The translations under genes and the position numbers were made by a program. 64,000 nucleotides of DNA from Lama guanicoe (lineage: Eukaryota). Positions 1-13,269 of the stretch are shown piece by piece (within the stretch, counting starts at the first letter, position 1; every line of letters starts with the position of its first letter). Location: NCBI GenBank assembly GCA_013239625.1, contig MU056270.1, positions 558,001-622,000 of the forward strand, written 5' to 3'. The notes under the pieces are model-generated. The model saw only the letters and a list, made by a program, of their open reading frames with translations. It did not search any database and had not been told where the DNA came from.

Positions 1-1515
1 CCCGGCGGGACTCGAGACCTCGGGCTGCGTGAGAGCACGCACTCGCAGAGGCGACGCTCTCTGAGCAGTCTGTGTGGGGCTCTCTCACGGCCGCCTGCCT
101 CCATGGAGTGGCTGAAGGAACCTTTCAGCGTTTCTGGGAACCTGGCTCACTTCCGGGAGCACTGGGGCAGGAAGCTCTCCAGAGCTGCCCAGGGCCTGCC
201 CCAGACCTGAAGGGACGCTTCTAAGCCAGAGGAAGACAACTGGCCACTGCTCACCAGACGTCTCTTTCACCAGCTTACTCAGAATTGGTGGGGCTGCTCG
301 TCTGCGCCGGGCGGTCACGTGTGAGGATGGGGGTCCCGCCCCCCAAGCCGGGGCCCTGAGAGCCGGGGGAGGGGGAGCCTGGGGATGAAGTGGGCGTGGC
401 TGGGGGCTGCTCACCCGGGTAACGCTGTGCGCTGGACAAATCGGGGTCCCCGCAGCCCTTCCTGCAGCCTCTCCCGGCAGGCCTGTTTTCCCTTCTCACC
501 GCAGGTGTCCTCCGGGCGGCCGAACCTCCCTCAGTGTCTGCCACTGTCTTGGGGGCTGGCGCCTCTCCTCAAGGGGCTGTCAGCTTCCTGAGTACGGGAG
601 CCGCGTCACCTTCACCGTGGAGCCCAAGGCCCTCGGCAGGTGCTGGGGTGGCGGTCCTTGCGGGCCCCGTTCGTCTCCCACCGCCTGGTGCCACACATCC
701 CGGCTGCTCCCAGTGCACTGAGCACAGGGCGGGGCTGGCAGCCGCTGTACCACATGCAGCTGAGAACTGCGTCCCCATCCCCGCGGCCCAGGATGGGGAC
801 TCGTGCTGCACGACGCCCACGTCCTCATTCACGCTCTCTGTTCTGACCCGCCCGTCCTCGTCTGCCCTAGTTAGTTCTCAAATGCTGGAAGCAGGTCACC
901 AAATGGTCAGCCCATCAGTGCTGTCCAAGCTCTGCTCTGGGTTTCTGACGTCGCGAGAAGCTGCGGTCGCAAAGCTGGTCCACGTACAGAAAGAACTCAG
1001 GGGAAGTCATGCATTTGAATCTTCTGTCGTCGCCATAATCACCGTGTCTGTGATTAAAGTCTCCTTGTTCTGTCATCCCTGCTCATGAGTAAAATGTACA
1101 AGCTTAAATTTCTCAAAAAACAAACAAAAAGAGCAGGACCCAGCCCCAGCCCCCAAGAAACTCACTTTCCAGAGGGCACAGGGCCACCACGTCGAACACT
1201 AGCTTTTCCGAAATCGGCACATGTTACGCAACTGCCGCTCCTCTCTTCCTAGAGAAGCTGTTACTAGACGGTGGCGCGTGCCACGGCGACTGGCCTCTCA
1301 GAGAGGAGGGGACGCCCACGGTGCCGTGTGAGGGGACGAGTCGGCCACGACGCTGCTGCCAGAGCGCGCGGCCTGCAGACGCCCCGCGGGAGGAGCAGCT
1401 CCTTGCGCGTCCCCAGTGGCTGCAGGGACTCCCAGCCCGAGCGGCCCACTCACTGGACTGAAAGGAGAGCTTCAACCCAGAAGCCCTCAAGCTGTTACCA
1501 CCGAAGACCTGATGC

Positions 1516-1813
1516 CAGGGTCACCCACGAAGCCGGGCTGCAGCATCCTGGGAGGCTGGAGAGCAAGGGCTTAGGCCTTGAAGGTGGCACGTCTCCCTCG
1601 CAGCGACCAATTTCTGCTCCAGTGCCCCAAACACGTAAGGAAGAGTGTAGTTTATGGATGCCAAGCTTTGAATTCTGTACCATTTTCCTGCCGTGAAACC
1701 TGTTTTTGACTTTTCTTCGACATTTGAAATTGTGGAAACCATCCTTAGCTCGTGGGGTGTACAGAACAGGCTGGGAGCTGATCTGTCTCCGGGACCGTGG
1801 TCTCCTGACTCTG
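1516..1813 (+). mobile_element. MER58B-like hAT-Charlie non-autonomous DNA transposon
   Basis: Contains 'tttgaattctgtaccattttc...tttgacttttcttcgacatttgaaattgtggaaaccatccttagctcgtggggtgtacagaacaggc', matching the MER58B body as recalled. Ends are cagggtc...gactctg. Confidence 0.8.
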
Positions 1814-3139
1814 TTCCAGCCTCTGAGGATGGAAAGTTTTCGTCTCCCCCAGGAGCTGCAGACCCTGGACCACAGGCGCCGGGCAGTTTTCTCCTGATGT
1901 CCGCACCCAGCACGGTGCCGGGGCGAGGATGAAGCGTCGTTTACAGAAGGTGGCCGTGGGGCAAGGAGCCTGCGAGCGACTGCGGCTTTTCAGAGAGGAG
2001 GAGAGTTTATGGACGGCTGGCAGGGTGTCCGCCCACCAGTGCTGTGGGCACAACTCCTCTCAGGATACGGGGAATAAACCCACCTTCTGAAACAACCATG
2101 CTCAGCCTGACACGTGGCTTTTCCATGGCCAGCGTCCCCGGATAAACGGTCACCTGTTTCACGGTGTGTTAATCCAGCTTCACCACGCAGAAGGCGCACA
2201 GGGCCCAAAGGGCAGCGAGCGGATGGAGGGGCCGCTAGCCAGGTCATTCTGACCCGCGCTCGGGGCCAAGGGCAGGGGCTCCGGCCAGACGCCGCTGGCG
2301 GGTCAGGGCCCCGGCGGTGCTAAGCCTCAGGCAAGTCCACGGCCTCCCCCGGGGCTCCCCGCCCCCTCACAGACGCACCTGTACTCCTCACCACATGGAG
2401 CGCCTCAGCCACGCCTCCCCTTTCTGCATCTTTGCTCCTTTATTTACAAAACTAGCACATGCCGACTTTTACAAACAAATCCAGTAGCATCCGAGCTAAG
2501 TGAACAGAAGGCCAGCCGCCCCCTCCCCCGCCAAAAAAAACCACGCCAGCAGTGTGGGGCGTCCTATGTCGTGGAAACCCGTGTACTTACATCACCATGG
2601 GTCTGGGCCGTTTTTGATGCCCACAAGGTCCCCGGCCACGTCACTGTGTGTGGGGGCACCGCGCGTCATCTGTCTGCAGGGCGCACCTTCCTCACCTGCC
2701 GGCAGGTGGGCACGAGGTTCTCACCTTGGGCAACGCCCAGCTCTCCGCCCAGGAGCCCCGGCGCACGGTCCACCAAGGTCAGCGGCTTGCTGGGGTAACG
2801 TCCTCACCCCGCGAGGCGACCACACCTGCAGACAAGAGGGAACTTCACCAAAGCCAAATTCCTACAGGCTGACGGGGAGGGACTTGCTGCCAGAGGTCCT
2901 TCCACAGAGCATTTTTTGGTTTCAATGCTTCTGGAATGCCTGTTAAAATAACCCCAGCCGGTCAGGTGACAGCTGAGATACTGTCTGGGCAAATCTGACT
3001 CGAGAGGATTCCTCCAGTCAGAAGTGTCTGACTGCGTCTGCAGAAACGTAGCCTGGGGCGCCCCTGCCTAGTCAGGCTGTAAGAAGCCAGAGCCAGCGTG
3101 GGGGCACGGCCGGGGGCAGAGCGAGCGCGCAGCTCTGTG

Positions 3140-3722
3140 TGGCCCCGTGTGTGCACCAGCACACGGCATTCACGCTCCTGAACACACAACTGGATGGTTT
3201 TCAGCCAATTCACGGAAGTGCGGCATCACTCTGGTCTAACTTCAGAACATCTCCTTCCCTGGCAAAGGCTTGCCCCCGACTGCATGCACCCCCATCCCCA
3301 CCCTGGGCCCCCGAAGCACCAACCCACTGTCTGTGTGCAGGCTTGCCTTCCCTGGAGCTCTCATACGATGGACGGCGTGCTACGTGGTCCTCAGTGACGG
3401 GCTTCTTTCAGCGTACACGTTAGCGGCTCGTCCAGGTTGAGGCATGTGTCCGAACTGCTCCTTCTTATGGCTGAGTCATGCTCCACCGAGTGGGTAAGGC
3501 CGTGTGTCTGTACTCCACCAGCTGATGGACGTCTGCATCATCCCCACTTCTCTGGCCACTCTGCGTAAGGCTGCTGTGAGCATGTGCGCACGAGTCTCCG
3601 TGGACGTGCACCCGGGCTGTTCTCGTTTATCCTGGGCGGACGCTTCAGGGATTTCTGGGCCATGTGGTGACTCTGCCTTTAACATTGTAAGAAGCAGCCA
3701 AACTGTTTTCCAAACTGCACCA
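3140..3722 (-). mobile_element. L1MB-like LINE-1 3' UTR/ORF2 end fragment
   Basis: 'cttcttatggctgagtcatgctcca...gctgatggacgtctg...ggctgctgtgagcat...tttaacattgtaagaagcagccaaactgttttccaaa' is the reverse complement of an L1M 3' end. Confidence 0.85.
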
Positions 3723-4179
3723 AATGTAAAGCGTGTTTCTTTGCTACTTGCTTTTAAAAAAGACCTTAGGTTTGTTTTTAACTAACTTGGCAGCAACTCA
3801 AGATGACGCACGGCTCCTTGTCGGCTATTCTGGGGGAAAGGTGCTTGTTTTCGAGTTGTTCTGCCCATAACCAGTTTCACCCCAATGGTCTGTGCTGATG
3901 TGTAACGTCCAGGGGTCTCCATCCAGCTCAGATTCAAAACGACAGCAATCGTGTTAGGGGACTTTGCCCCATTCTGACCATTTCCACCAGATCTGCTGTG
4001 CGGGTAGCTAGTGTTTCTGACTAAAGGCTCTCCGTTGCGTAAGGCACGGGGATCCAGGCAGAGACAAAGAAACCCAGACGCAAATTCACTCCATCAGTAA
4101 ATGCTTACTAGTCTGAAAATGCTTGTCCCCTTTTCTTTCTTGAAACATCTGCTCCTGAGTTGGTCGTGCCCTCTGCCAG

Positions 4180-4410
4180 TCATAATGAGCGAGTGTATTT
4201 ATGCTCAGACACAGTCCTGAGGGTTTCCGGTCTCCAGTAGGACTTCACGTTGCGGCCACCGAGAGGCGTCTCTGTCGTTCTGACAAGTGCGCTCAGAGAC
4301 GGCGATGGCTGGGTCTTGAGAGCCCCTTGGGAGGGGGTTCGATCTAGCAGATTAGGACTGAGCTACATGACTTTGTTGGCCGCGTGGATTAGAACTCAGT
4401 CTTCCATCTT
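4180..4410 (-). mobile_element. Possible degenerate MIR SINE
   Basis: Weak similarity to antisense MIR ('gagtgtatttatgctcagacacagtcctgag...ggattagaactcagtctt'). Confidence 0.3.
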
Positions 4411-4699
4411 GCGTTGAGAACAGCGCTGGGGAACCAAGAAGCAAAACTTCCCCGAGGACATCAGCGTCCTAGGGCCAGAGCCAGGGCTCCCGTTCTTCTC
4501 ACCCTGAGGCCCCTCCCAGGGACCATCCTAGAGCAGCAGCCACACACGCAGTCAAAGCGCCGCATTCAGGGCTGGCAGGGCGGCGAAGCCCTGGGAACTC
4601 CCAGCTGCCCACCGGGAGGGTCACTGCCCAGCCCTGAGACCCTCACAGTCTCCCACCCTCACCGTCAGCTGGTGCTCAACTCACTTCACTTGTCTTCAA

Positions 4700-5095
4700 A
4701 TCCACTTTAACCCAGTTACCCTTCTAAGTCTCAGGAGTAATGTCCCAGACGTAACAGGGACGTGCAGCAGCTAGACGTTTTCCTCTGATACCCAGCGGCA
4801 TAACGCGCTGCTGTTGGAAGATCCGTCTGTACGCCAGCGGAAATCACCTCGTACAGCCATGACCCTTGGTCTGATAACTTAAGGAAACCATGTGACATCC
4901 ACACAGCAAAATATTACTCAGCTATTAAAATGTGGGAAACTGTTTACATTGTGATGTAAAGTGGGGTGATAAACACAGCATGCACTAAATTTTTTAAAAC
5001 TACGTACGTGAAAAATTGAGTGGAGATACACAAAAATGCCTGACTGATTGTCTCTAGGTGGCGAGGTTCATTCCTTGCTCTTTCCCTCTGTATTT
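4700..5095 (+). mobile_element. L1ME-like LINE-1 3' end fragment
   Basis: 'catccacacagcaaaatattactcagctattaaaa...ggagatacacaaaaatgcctgactgattgtctctaggtggcgagg' is typical of an L1ME 3' UTR. Confidence 0.65.
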
Positions 5096-5204
5096 ACGAC
5101 AGTGAGCAGGCAGCACGTTTAAACCAGGGGGCGGGGAGCTTTATCATCAAGCCTTTCATTAAGGACCCATTTGAGGAGTCTGTGAGCTGCAGGCCCCTGT
5201 GATA

Positions 5205-5292
5205 CAGAAGAGGGGACAGAAGTGGGCAGAGGAGGGGACGCACATGGGCAGAGTAGGGGACGCACGTGGGCAGAGGAGGGGACACACGTGGA
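5205..5292. repeat. 22-bp minisatellite x4 (CAGAGGAGGGGACGCACGTGGG consensus)
   Basis: Four adjacent units at 5205, 5227, 5249 and 5271, each with a few substitutions and no spacers. Confidence 0.9.
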
Positions 5293-6363
5293 TAGGGGCC
5301 GTGAGCAGGCTGGTGCATGCGCCCTCCCCGTGGAGCGCCCTGCCCGTCCCCTCCTTACTGCTGACATCAGAGCAATGGAAGGCCCTCTGAGGACTAGCAG
5401 ATGTCCGGCAAGACCGCGTGGTTTGATTGGATCTCTGATGGCTGAGCCGCCGTAAAAGCGAGCCCCGGGGTGTTTCGCAGGGTTCTCCACTTTTACAGGC
5501 GGGCCGCCTGGCCTCCTAAGACCCAGGAGAATCAGAAACAGATGAGGGCTCGGCCCCGTCCTCACACGTGAGAACTGCTGGCCCCCGGAATTCTCACAGT
5601 TGATGTGGGGAAGCAAAGTCAACCTGCGCTCCCAGCAGTCACCTCGGCGGTCGTGGGCGATGACGTGTGACAGTGAGAAAGGGGGCGGCGTTTGCATGCT
5701 GACAGTCCGCTGACAACGGTGACAAGGACTACTGCTGGCACGTCTCCGCGGGAAGCCGAAGTCTGGCTGGACGTGAACACTGACCGCCGTCAGGGCTGCG
5801 GGACCAGCCGTGCCCTGGGGACTAAGGGCTGAGGGGCACAGCGTCCCCGCCTCAGGGTGCCCGTTGGAAGCCGGAATCAGACCTGAACGCTCGGCTGAAA
5901 AGGGAAATTCTGCTTTTAAAACCAAGTTTTGCCACATAACAAAATTTTCTCATCCTTCTGTGGGTTTAGTTCTTCCTCTGTTCAAAGTCGTAGTTACAAG
6001 CATCGCACCGACACAAAGAGCAGGGAAGCCTATTCGGAACGAAGCGTCTGTACGCGGGGAAGTGCGGCGCGCTAATACGGGGCAATTCTGACGGAGCTGA
6101 CTGTTCCAGTCCGTAACAACCACAGAGTCCAGGAAGCTTTACAGGGATTGCAGTGGGAGCAATGACTTCTAAAATTTCAGTTCTCATTTTAGAACCAGAG
6201 CCAGGAAGTTGAAATGTCCAAAGAACCACCTAGAGCTGAGCCAGGGTCTGTCCAAAGCTCGTTCTCGTTAAAGAAAGTGAAGGGTCCGAGGAGGGGCCCG
6301 CAGGAAGGGAGGCCTCCAGGCTCAGGTCCCCGCATCCCCCAGGACACTCCCACTCCCACACCC

Positions 6364-6395
6364 AGAGAGACACACACACACACAGACACACACAC
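6364..6395. repeat. (GA)/(CA)n microsatellite
   Basis: agagagacacacacacacacagacacacacac. Confidence 0.9.
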
Positions 6396-7152
6396 TGACC
6401 CGCAAAAACCACCAACGCACAGCGAAAACATTGCACACCCAGGCCATCTTAACCCCCACACCAAGACGACAAGGGCCCCTTGGTGCCGGGAGCCCTGAGG
6501 ATCCCAGTGGGTGGCCCAGGTCAGGAGGGAGCAGCTCTCAGAGGATAAAAATCTCGGTACAAAGGATGCCTGGGAGGAGGCGCGGGAACGGTCCTTTCCT
6601 CGGGTTCTGCCCGAACGCTGAACGCCAACTCAGCTGGCCTCCCACACCAGCCCACTGGTCCCTCTGCGGGGTCAAGGGGGCACCTAGTTCTAACACTCTG
6701 GTCTCTCCCAGGTGACCCAGCTCCAAGCACACGGCGCAAGGCAGGACATGCACGGGAGACCCCGGCATCGGTCCCTAAGCGTCCTCTCCCGAGGTTCCCT
6801 CAGAGCCTCACGTCAGACCGAGGCTCCATGTGGCCTAGGAACTTCCCCACCCTCGAGCGGGAAGGAAGCCCCAGCGGACTCGAGGCACACGCTCCCGGCT
6901 TTGTGCCCAAGCAGGTGCAAGGACCGCCCCAAATCAGGGTCGACACTCATACAGTGTGGTCTCTGGCTAAATTCACATGAGAATCAAACGTCTGCTTGTT
7001 CACACGTGACAGAACAGCGCACGACTCGCAGCCTGTATGAGCAGAGTGCTTTCTGAGCACAGAGCATGTGGGACGCTCTGTAAAGGCTCTGTCTGGGGGA
7101 AGGGGAGCGGCTCTGGGGTGAGATGCTTAATGCTGCCTGGAGAGACAAAGCT

Positions 7153-7222
7153 ATTTTATTTTTCTCTCATTTGTGGAGGTGTAATTGATGTGTGATGTTA
7201 CATTAGCTCAGGTTAACAACAG
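7153..7222 (-). mobile_element. Short LINE-1 3' terminal fragment (Laurasiatherian L1MA-type tail)
   Basis: 'ggaggtgtaattgatgtgtgatgttacattagctcaggttaacaaca' resembles the L1 tail 'gaggtataattgacatacaatattatattagtttcaggtgtacaaca'. Confidence 0.55.
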
Positions 7223-10200
7223 ACGGAAATGACTACTCCTCGCTGCCTCCCCTCTCCTCTCCTCTCGGGAACAGAGCCTGGGTGGCAGCCAGCAGGTGGC
7301 CCCCAGGTTCAAAGCTGCCCCCGCCAGCTATGCTGGCCCCAAGTGTGGCTGCGTGACTGCGTTCAGGGCAGCAGGCTGAGACCGTGAGCCATCTCCCGAA
7401 GACGCAGCCTGGCTGTCCCTCCCTAGGAGTCGGGAAGGCCGAGGGCGGGGTCACGGGTGGAGGGCAGCAGAGCCGCTGGGACAGCCCTGGACCACCCAGC
7501 CCACCCGCGAGCTCCAGCGACGAAGCTCCGCCTCACTTAACCCGCTCCGTTTGGGGTCTTCCACAACCTAACTCACTGAGACAGAACCGTGACTGCACGG
7601 TCGGATGGAGGGCGTGTGGATGGAGGGCGAGTCAGAGGCAAGGAAGGAGGGACGGAGCGCACGGCGCAGGTGGTCCGGTGGGACGTCCCCTGGCAGCGCC
7701 TGGGCTCTTCTCGGGGCGAGGTGGGTAGCCCGGGCCCGGCACCGTGCGCACGGCGGGCCTTGGCAAGCGTCTGAGGGGTGGCGGCGCGGCTGGAATGTGC
7801 GTCTGCGGCCTGACCCCCCGGAGGAGCCGTAAAGCGGCAGAGGGGACGTGGGCGCAGAGCTTGAGGAAAATCAGCTTGGCACCGGCGTGCAGAATTGGGT
7901 GGGCGTGCTACAAAATTTTAAAAACAAGCAGAAAAACCCTGCAGGCTAAGGTAATAACTTCTCCAACGGGCCCAGTCAACAGCGAGCAGCGTGCCTGCTG
8001 TCACTGCGCCAGGACACCAGGCACGACCGGGGACATCCCCGGCGAGCCATGAAAACCATCAGCTCAGATCCAACAGGGGACTTGAATGGCCTTCCAGGGG
8101 TGCTCCTGGGTTTTAGCACCTGCTTTGACAACCCCACCCCCCAAAACTGTCTACACCGACCTGAGGGGGGTCTGGCTTCATTCTGGCTCCAAAGAGTGGG
8201 CCAGTTTTGTGTTCTGTGCGCCACTGTGCTGGCTGAGAAAGGACAGCATTTTTCAAGGCCTTTTCTCGTTACTCGGGAAATAAACACTGGTTATTTTTAG
8301 TCACCTCCTCTTCCGCCACACTTTCTGGAGCAGGAGCCGGCGGTAGCAGACCCTCCCGCGTTTGCGTTTTTCCCCTCCACACTATTCACAGAAATAGGCC
8401 GATTTTGTCCCACCTGGTGTAGACGGGACAGCGTCGTGGGGGCTCCTCTGTGTGGAGCCTGCATCCCGGGCCAGGCTGTGAGGTGTGGACGACTCTCGGA
8501 AAGGGGCGCCTAGAGCAAGAACGGCACCCTGAGAGTGCCCCGTGAGGAGTCGGGGGACTAATTCCGCAAGGTTGGGAGTCTCCACTTTTCCCTTTTAAGG
8601 CGTCCCATGTTAACAGGCTTCCAGCACTGAGCCCCTAGGAGGGGTCTTGGCAGGGGTTCACCTGCTCTGTGGTCGTGCGCTGTTAGTGTGTTTGTGGATT
8701 TATCACTTCAGGGCACAGACCAGTGTCCCCGGTCTCGGATCTCTCATGGACGTAAACTCCAAGCAGGAAGGCGACAGCCCTCCTCCATGGCCCCGGGGGT
8801 CAGCCTGCCTCTGACCCGGGCAAGGGGAGTGTGGCCCCTGGGGGGTGAGGTGCTGGGGAGCTTCCAGGCTGCCAGGCAGGTGCAGACAGGCTGGAGCTGC
8901 CGCCCAGAAGTCAAGCAGCTACCTGTCCCAGCCCGACAGCCGCAGGCCCAGGCGCACGCCCTGTGCCACTTCGTGGACCCAGGGAGGATTCTGGGCCCCA
9001 CAGCCCCCACCCGCGATCCGAACGGACATCCCCGTCACGTGCAGTGAGAGGAAGCCGGAGTCTGGGGCCTGACCGAGCCGCACCTTCACTCTATACGCAG
9101 ACGAGGGGGCTGAAAGCCCCCACGGGCGTCACCAGGGAGGGGCAGGGCTGCCGCTGCTGGCTCGGTCCAAACTCATGGCCCTGACACATCAGAAGAGCTC
9201 GCCGGGCTGGGGGTGGGGAGGAGAAGCAGAAGTGGGTGGGGGCGGCCAGGCTGGTGACCTCTGGGGGGAGCCAGAGCAGGCCCAGAGCAGGCCCAGAGCT
9301 GCGCCTCACCGGGAGGGGGAGACGCACGGGCACCAGTGTCTGCTGGTGCGTCTGGAAGCACCCGCGAAGGGCAGGCCTTCTCTGCCTCCTGACCTCGAGG
9401 GCGGCTCTGAGCAGGGAGGCCCCGAGGGTGGGCGCAGAGTTGGGCGGCTTCTTAGATGGCAGAGCCGGCCATCTTAATTTCAAACCCACCGTCGGTGCCT
9501 TCCTGCGCCCGCCTCCGACATTAGCCTTTGATAGTCACGTCCAGAAACGGAAGGCTCTTTCTCAGTGTCTGGGTCACAGTTTGTGTTTAATACAAAAGCA
9601 TGGGCTCCAACCAAGACTCAGAACAACTGATACTCTGTCTGAAATGTAGCTTTTTATGCCCACGTAGTGCTGGAAACCCTGTGGAGGGGGAGGCGGGGGC
9701 TGGAGGGGCAGGTGTCCCTTGGCTCTTGTTTAAGGAGGTGATTCTGTCTTAGCCCCTTGTCGACACGCAGAGACCTCGGGCCGCGCTGGAGGGTTCGGGG
9801 GGCCTGAACAGGCAGCTTCTGCACGCACAGGCGCCGGCGCACCTGCACACACACGCTTGCTACCAGGCTTAACACTGCAACGCCCATGGGCTCAGCTCTC
9901 CAAGGGCAGCGTAAGGAGAAGCAGATCACGAGAGGAGGCAGGAGACACAGCCTGCGAGGATGCAGAGATGCCCGTGTCGGAGCAGCCCGGGCGGCCATAG
10001 GAATTCTGGCCACGAGGCCTGCACGGAGCAGGCCTCCTGGGACTGGGGAGGGAGGGGTCCCACCTGCAGGGTCAGAGCAGGGACCCTGTGCCCAGGGGGA
10101 CTTGGAGGATGTGTGTACCTCGGACCAAGAACGGGCCCTGTCCACATCTCTACCAAGGTCTGCACCTTTCAACCTCCGCCTCCACATTCAGAGTCCACAA

Positions 10201-13200
10201 GAGCCACCAGCTGCCCACGCCTGGCTCCACCCCACACCCCAGGACAGGGAGAGGACACACCGGCCCCTTCAGGGTGCTGCATAGAGATGGACCGCCCACG
10301 GGTTGGGGGGGTTCCTCCACGTGCAGGTGGTGCAGACGCCGGCCAGCAAGGCAGCAGCACCAGCGGCCATGTCTGCTCAGCGCGGGGAGAGTCGGTCACG
10401 TGCACACGTGTGCGGCTGAGGGGCGGCGAGCGGGGATGGTGAGATGGGCGTGGGTGTCTGCAGGGAGAAGAGAGACAGGAAAAAAGGAGGTAGGAAAAGA
10501 AGGCTAGAGACCAAGGCTGTGAAAGACCGAACGCTGGCATCGCCACGCGGCGTCCATGGCCACGTGTGACCTCTTCTCACATCAAGGAGTCGAGAACTTC
10601 CAATGAACGTCCTCAAAACTATGAACATACCAACAGCTGGGTGTGAGGAGGGCAAAGGTCTTACTCTCGTTGCTAAAGTCACACCTTGTCGAGGACGAGC
10701 CTTCAAAGGGCGGAGTGACCACAGCTTTGATGCAACACCCTGGTCTCAGGACTTCGCTGGAAATGGAACCAAAGCCACGCCAGACACACCTCCCCCCAAA
10801 TTAAAGCCCTAATTCTTATCCCCTTCTGGAAACCACTTCACAATCATCAAATCTTTTCTGTTTTTGAAGATGATTGTGGTGGGGCATCTCTGGTAGGACC
10901 AACATGAAACGAGGACTGAGCAACCGTATTCATTCATTCTGAGTTCTGAGCTGTTTTATCCTAGTTTACATACATCCCTTCGTAATATGTGCATATTTTT
11001 AAAAGTTATTCAGCAAGAACCCATTTAGGAAACAATTTGTTCCAACTTGTATCAAGTAGAAGTTGAACAACAATGAAAATACATAATAAATCACAAATTC
11101 TCCTCCAAATATGTGAGACAGCCACTAAGTACCATGGTTGCTGATCACCACAGCTGTCACCGGAGAAGCCCCGGGCTCGGGCAGCACCACATGCTGGAGG
11201 CAAGATGCGCCAGAAGCCACGGTCTACGGCCCTGAGGTCACCCTCGGGGTGGCCATGGTCATCACCACCCACACTGCTGCGTCCCTCTCGTAAGAAATAA
11301 ATGTACTTTTATAGACCTTCCTCCACAGCCTTCCAAATGCAGCGATCTGGGGAGAGGGCGACCCAAATTCAAAGGAGAAGCCCTGAGCCCCTCTGCATGG
11401 CCCGGAGGTCCCAGCACTCCCACCTGGACCCTGAGCACACACGACCTGACCTCCTTCCACTCCTCAGCACGTCTGGAAAGCGTGCTTTCCCAAGTGAACG
11501 GGCCTGGTTCAGGAATCCTGACGTTCCACTCACACACGAGGGTGGGTTGCTGAACACTAGCTGCGGAGAGACAGATGGACAGGGACACGCACAGCGTCGT
11601 CACATCTGGGAGTGGAGCTCCACGGTCAGACCGAGGGGGAGGGGACGTCGTGAGACACTCAGTCCCACAAAGGGCCACCCCGACCTTGGAAGATACAGTG
11701 TCCACCCTGCCACCAGACCCCCGCCCCAGGCTCGGCCCCAGCAGCCCCCGCGGGCCCTCCAGACCCTGCACCAGCCCCGGGGAGGCCCAGGTGCCTAGGC
11801 GCCCTTTGCTGGCTCCCTCGTTTTTCCAATTCCAAAGCGTAACTCCAAGCAGCCAGACACCGTGACCACCCCCTCCACTCCCCCAGGGGAACTTCAGCAA
11901 GGCCTTCACTTCACTGGCTCCTTGCAGCTGCCGGACGATGCCAGCCAGGGGCCTTCGGGGTCAGGGATTCGCTGGGGGACCGGGCCGCAGGGCACTGACG
12001 GCCGCAGTCTCTCCAGACCTGTGCTTGCCAGAAGCATGAAGATCAGCTCCGTGGGTCTGGGTGGAGCCTGAGTTTGGGAGGGTCCCCTCCTGTTTGCTCC
12101 ATGGCCACGTTCTCGCCCCAGAGAGAGAGATGGGGGTTGAGTTCACTGCCCGCTGGGCTGGCTCCACAGGGAGCCCTGCAGAGGCTGCTGGCCCGGCTTG
12201 TCCAGTGTCCAGTCAGGGTGGTGGGCGGACGAGGGGTGTCCACTCAGAATCCACAGCCAGGATGGGGGTGGGCCTCCCACTCAGGCTTCTGTGACTAAAT
12301 TCAATGTTTTTCTTCAGACTCACGTTGAAACCTTTCTCTGAGGTTCTCAGGTTCTCAAGGTCATAAAACAGGCTCACCCTGGCTCCGCCAGCATCTGATT
12401 CACCTAATGGTTTAATCACAGCCGAAGGCACATCGTTTCTGGAAGGACCTCTTGCTGACAGAGGTTGTACTGGAAACTTTGCCTCCCAGCAATGGACTGG
12501 AGGGTCCCAGCAGACAAGGAAGACCCTGCCGACCCAGGGACCCCAAGCTCCTGGCAGCAGCCCCGTGAGCAGGGGTGACCCCAACAGGCCAGGGGTCCCC
12601 GTTTAGCCACTTGGATAAAGAAAAGCTGGTGGTTCATGGCTAAATAGCAAGTCGCAGGGCAATTCTGCAGGAACTGGGGACAAAAAGGCTCATGAGCGTG
12701 TATCACTGTTGCAGGTACCGAAGCACAGAATTAAGGCAATCAGCCTCCACCCCAGGGAGCTGGTCCCTGCACCGCCAAGCGCCTAAGAAGCCCCTTGAGG
12801 TGGGCTCACCAGGGGCCAGAGGAGGGACCACCGCTCCACAGCCGAGGGACTCTGCCGCTTCCAGAAGCAGTGGGCTGCTGTCCCTGGAACAACAGAGTAG
12901 ACTCCAAAGGGGACTTGGATGTGGATATTTGGGGACACATAGGAGCTTCGGGCAGGACAGTTTCCTGGAAGGAGGATGAAGCTCTGGGGACCCTTCCTGG
13001 GCCATCTCTTGGGGCCTCCTGGACCCACCCACCATCTGCCTCTGGGCTCCTTCCTCTGTGTCCAGGGCCCAGCCCCATCTTCTTCCTCCTGGTCAGCCGG
13101 CCTGCTGGTATTGGACTGACATGTTACAACAACCTTTTCCTGGCTCAGGTGACAGCTCCTGTGGATTGTCCCGGGGCACCAGGAATGCCCCGGTGGGGGG

Positions 13201-13269
13201 GGGACCACAGACAGCATCATCCCTGGCCCCGACAGGCAGGGCGCAGCACCCTGTAAACCTGGGACTGCT

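Noticed and set aside
2693-2708. Perfect 16-bp palindrome CACCTGCCGGCAGGTG (two E-boxes)
   Set aside because: About one such palindrome is expected by chance in 64 kb.
5205-5292. Direct repeats as a possible CRISPR-like array
   Set aside because: Units are contiguous with no unique spacers. Mammalian context and no cas genes.
5119-5937. Longest ORF (272 aa, minus strand)
   Set aside because: Runs through the 22-bp minisatellite and has no recognisable homology or exon structure.
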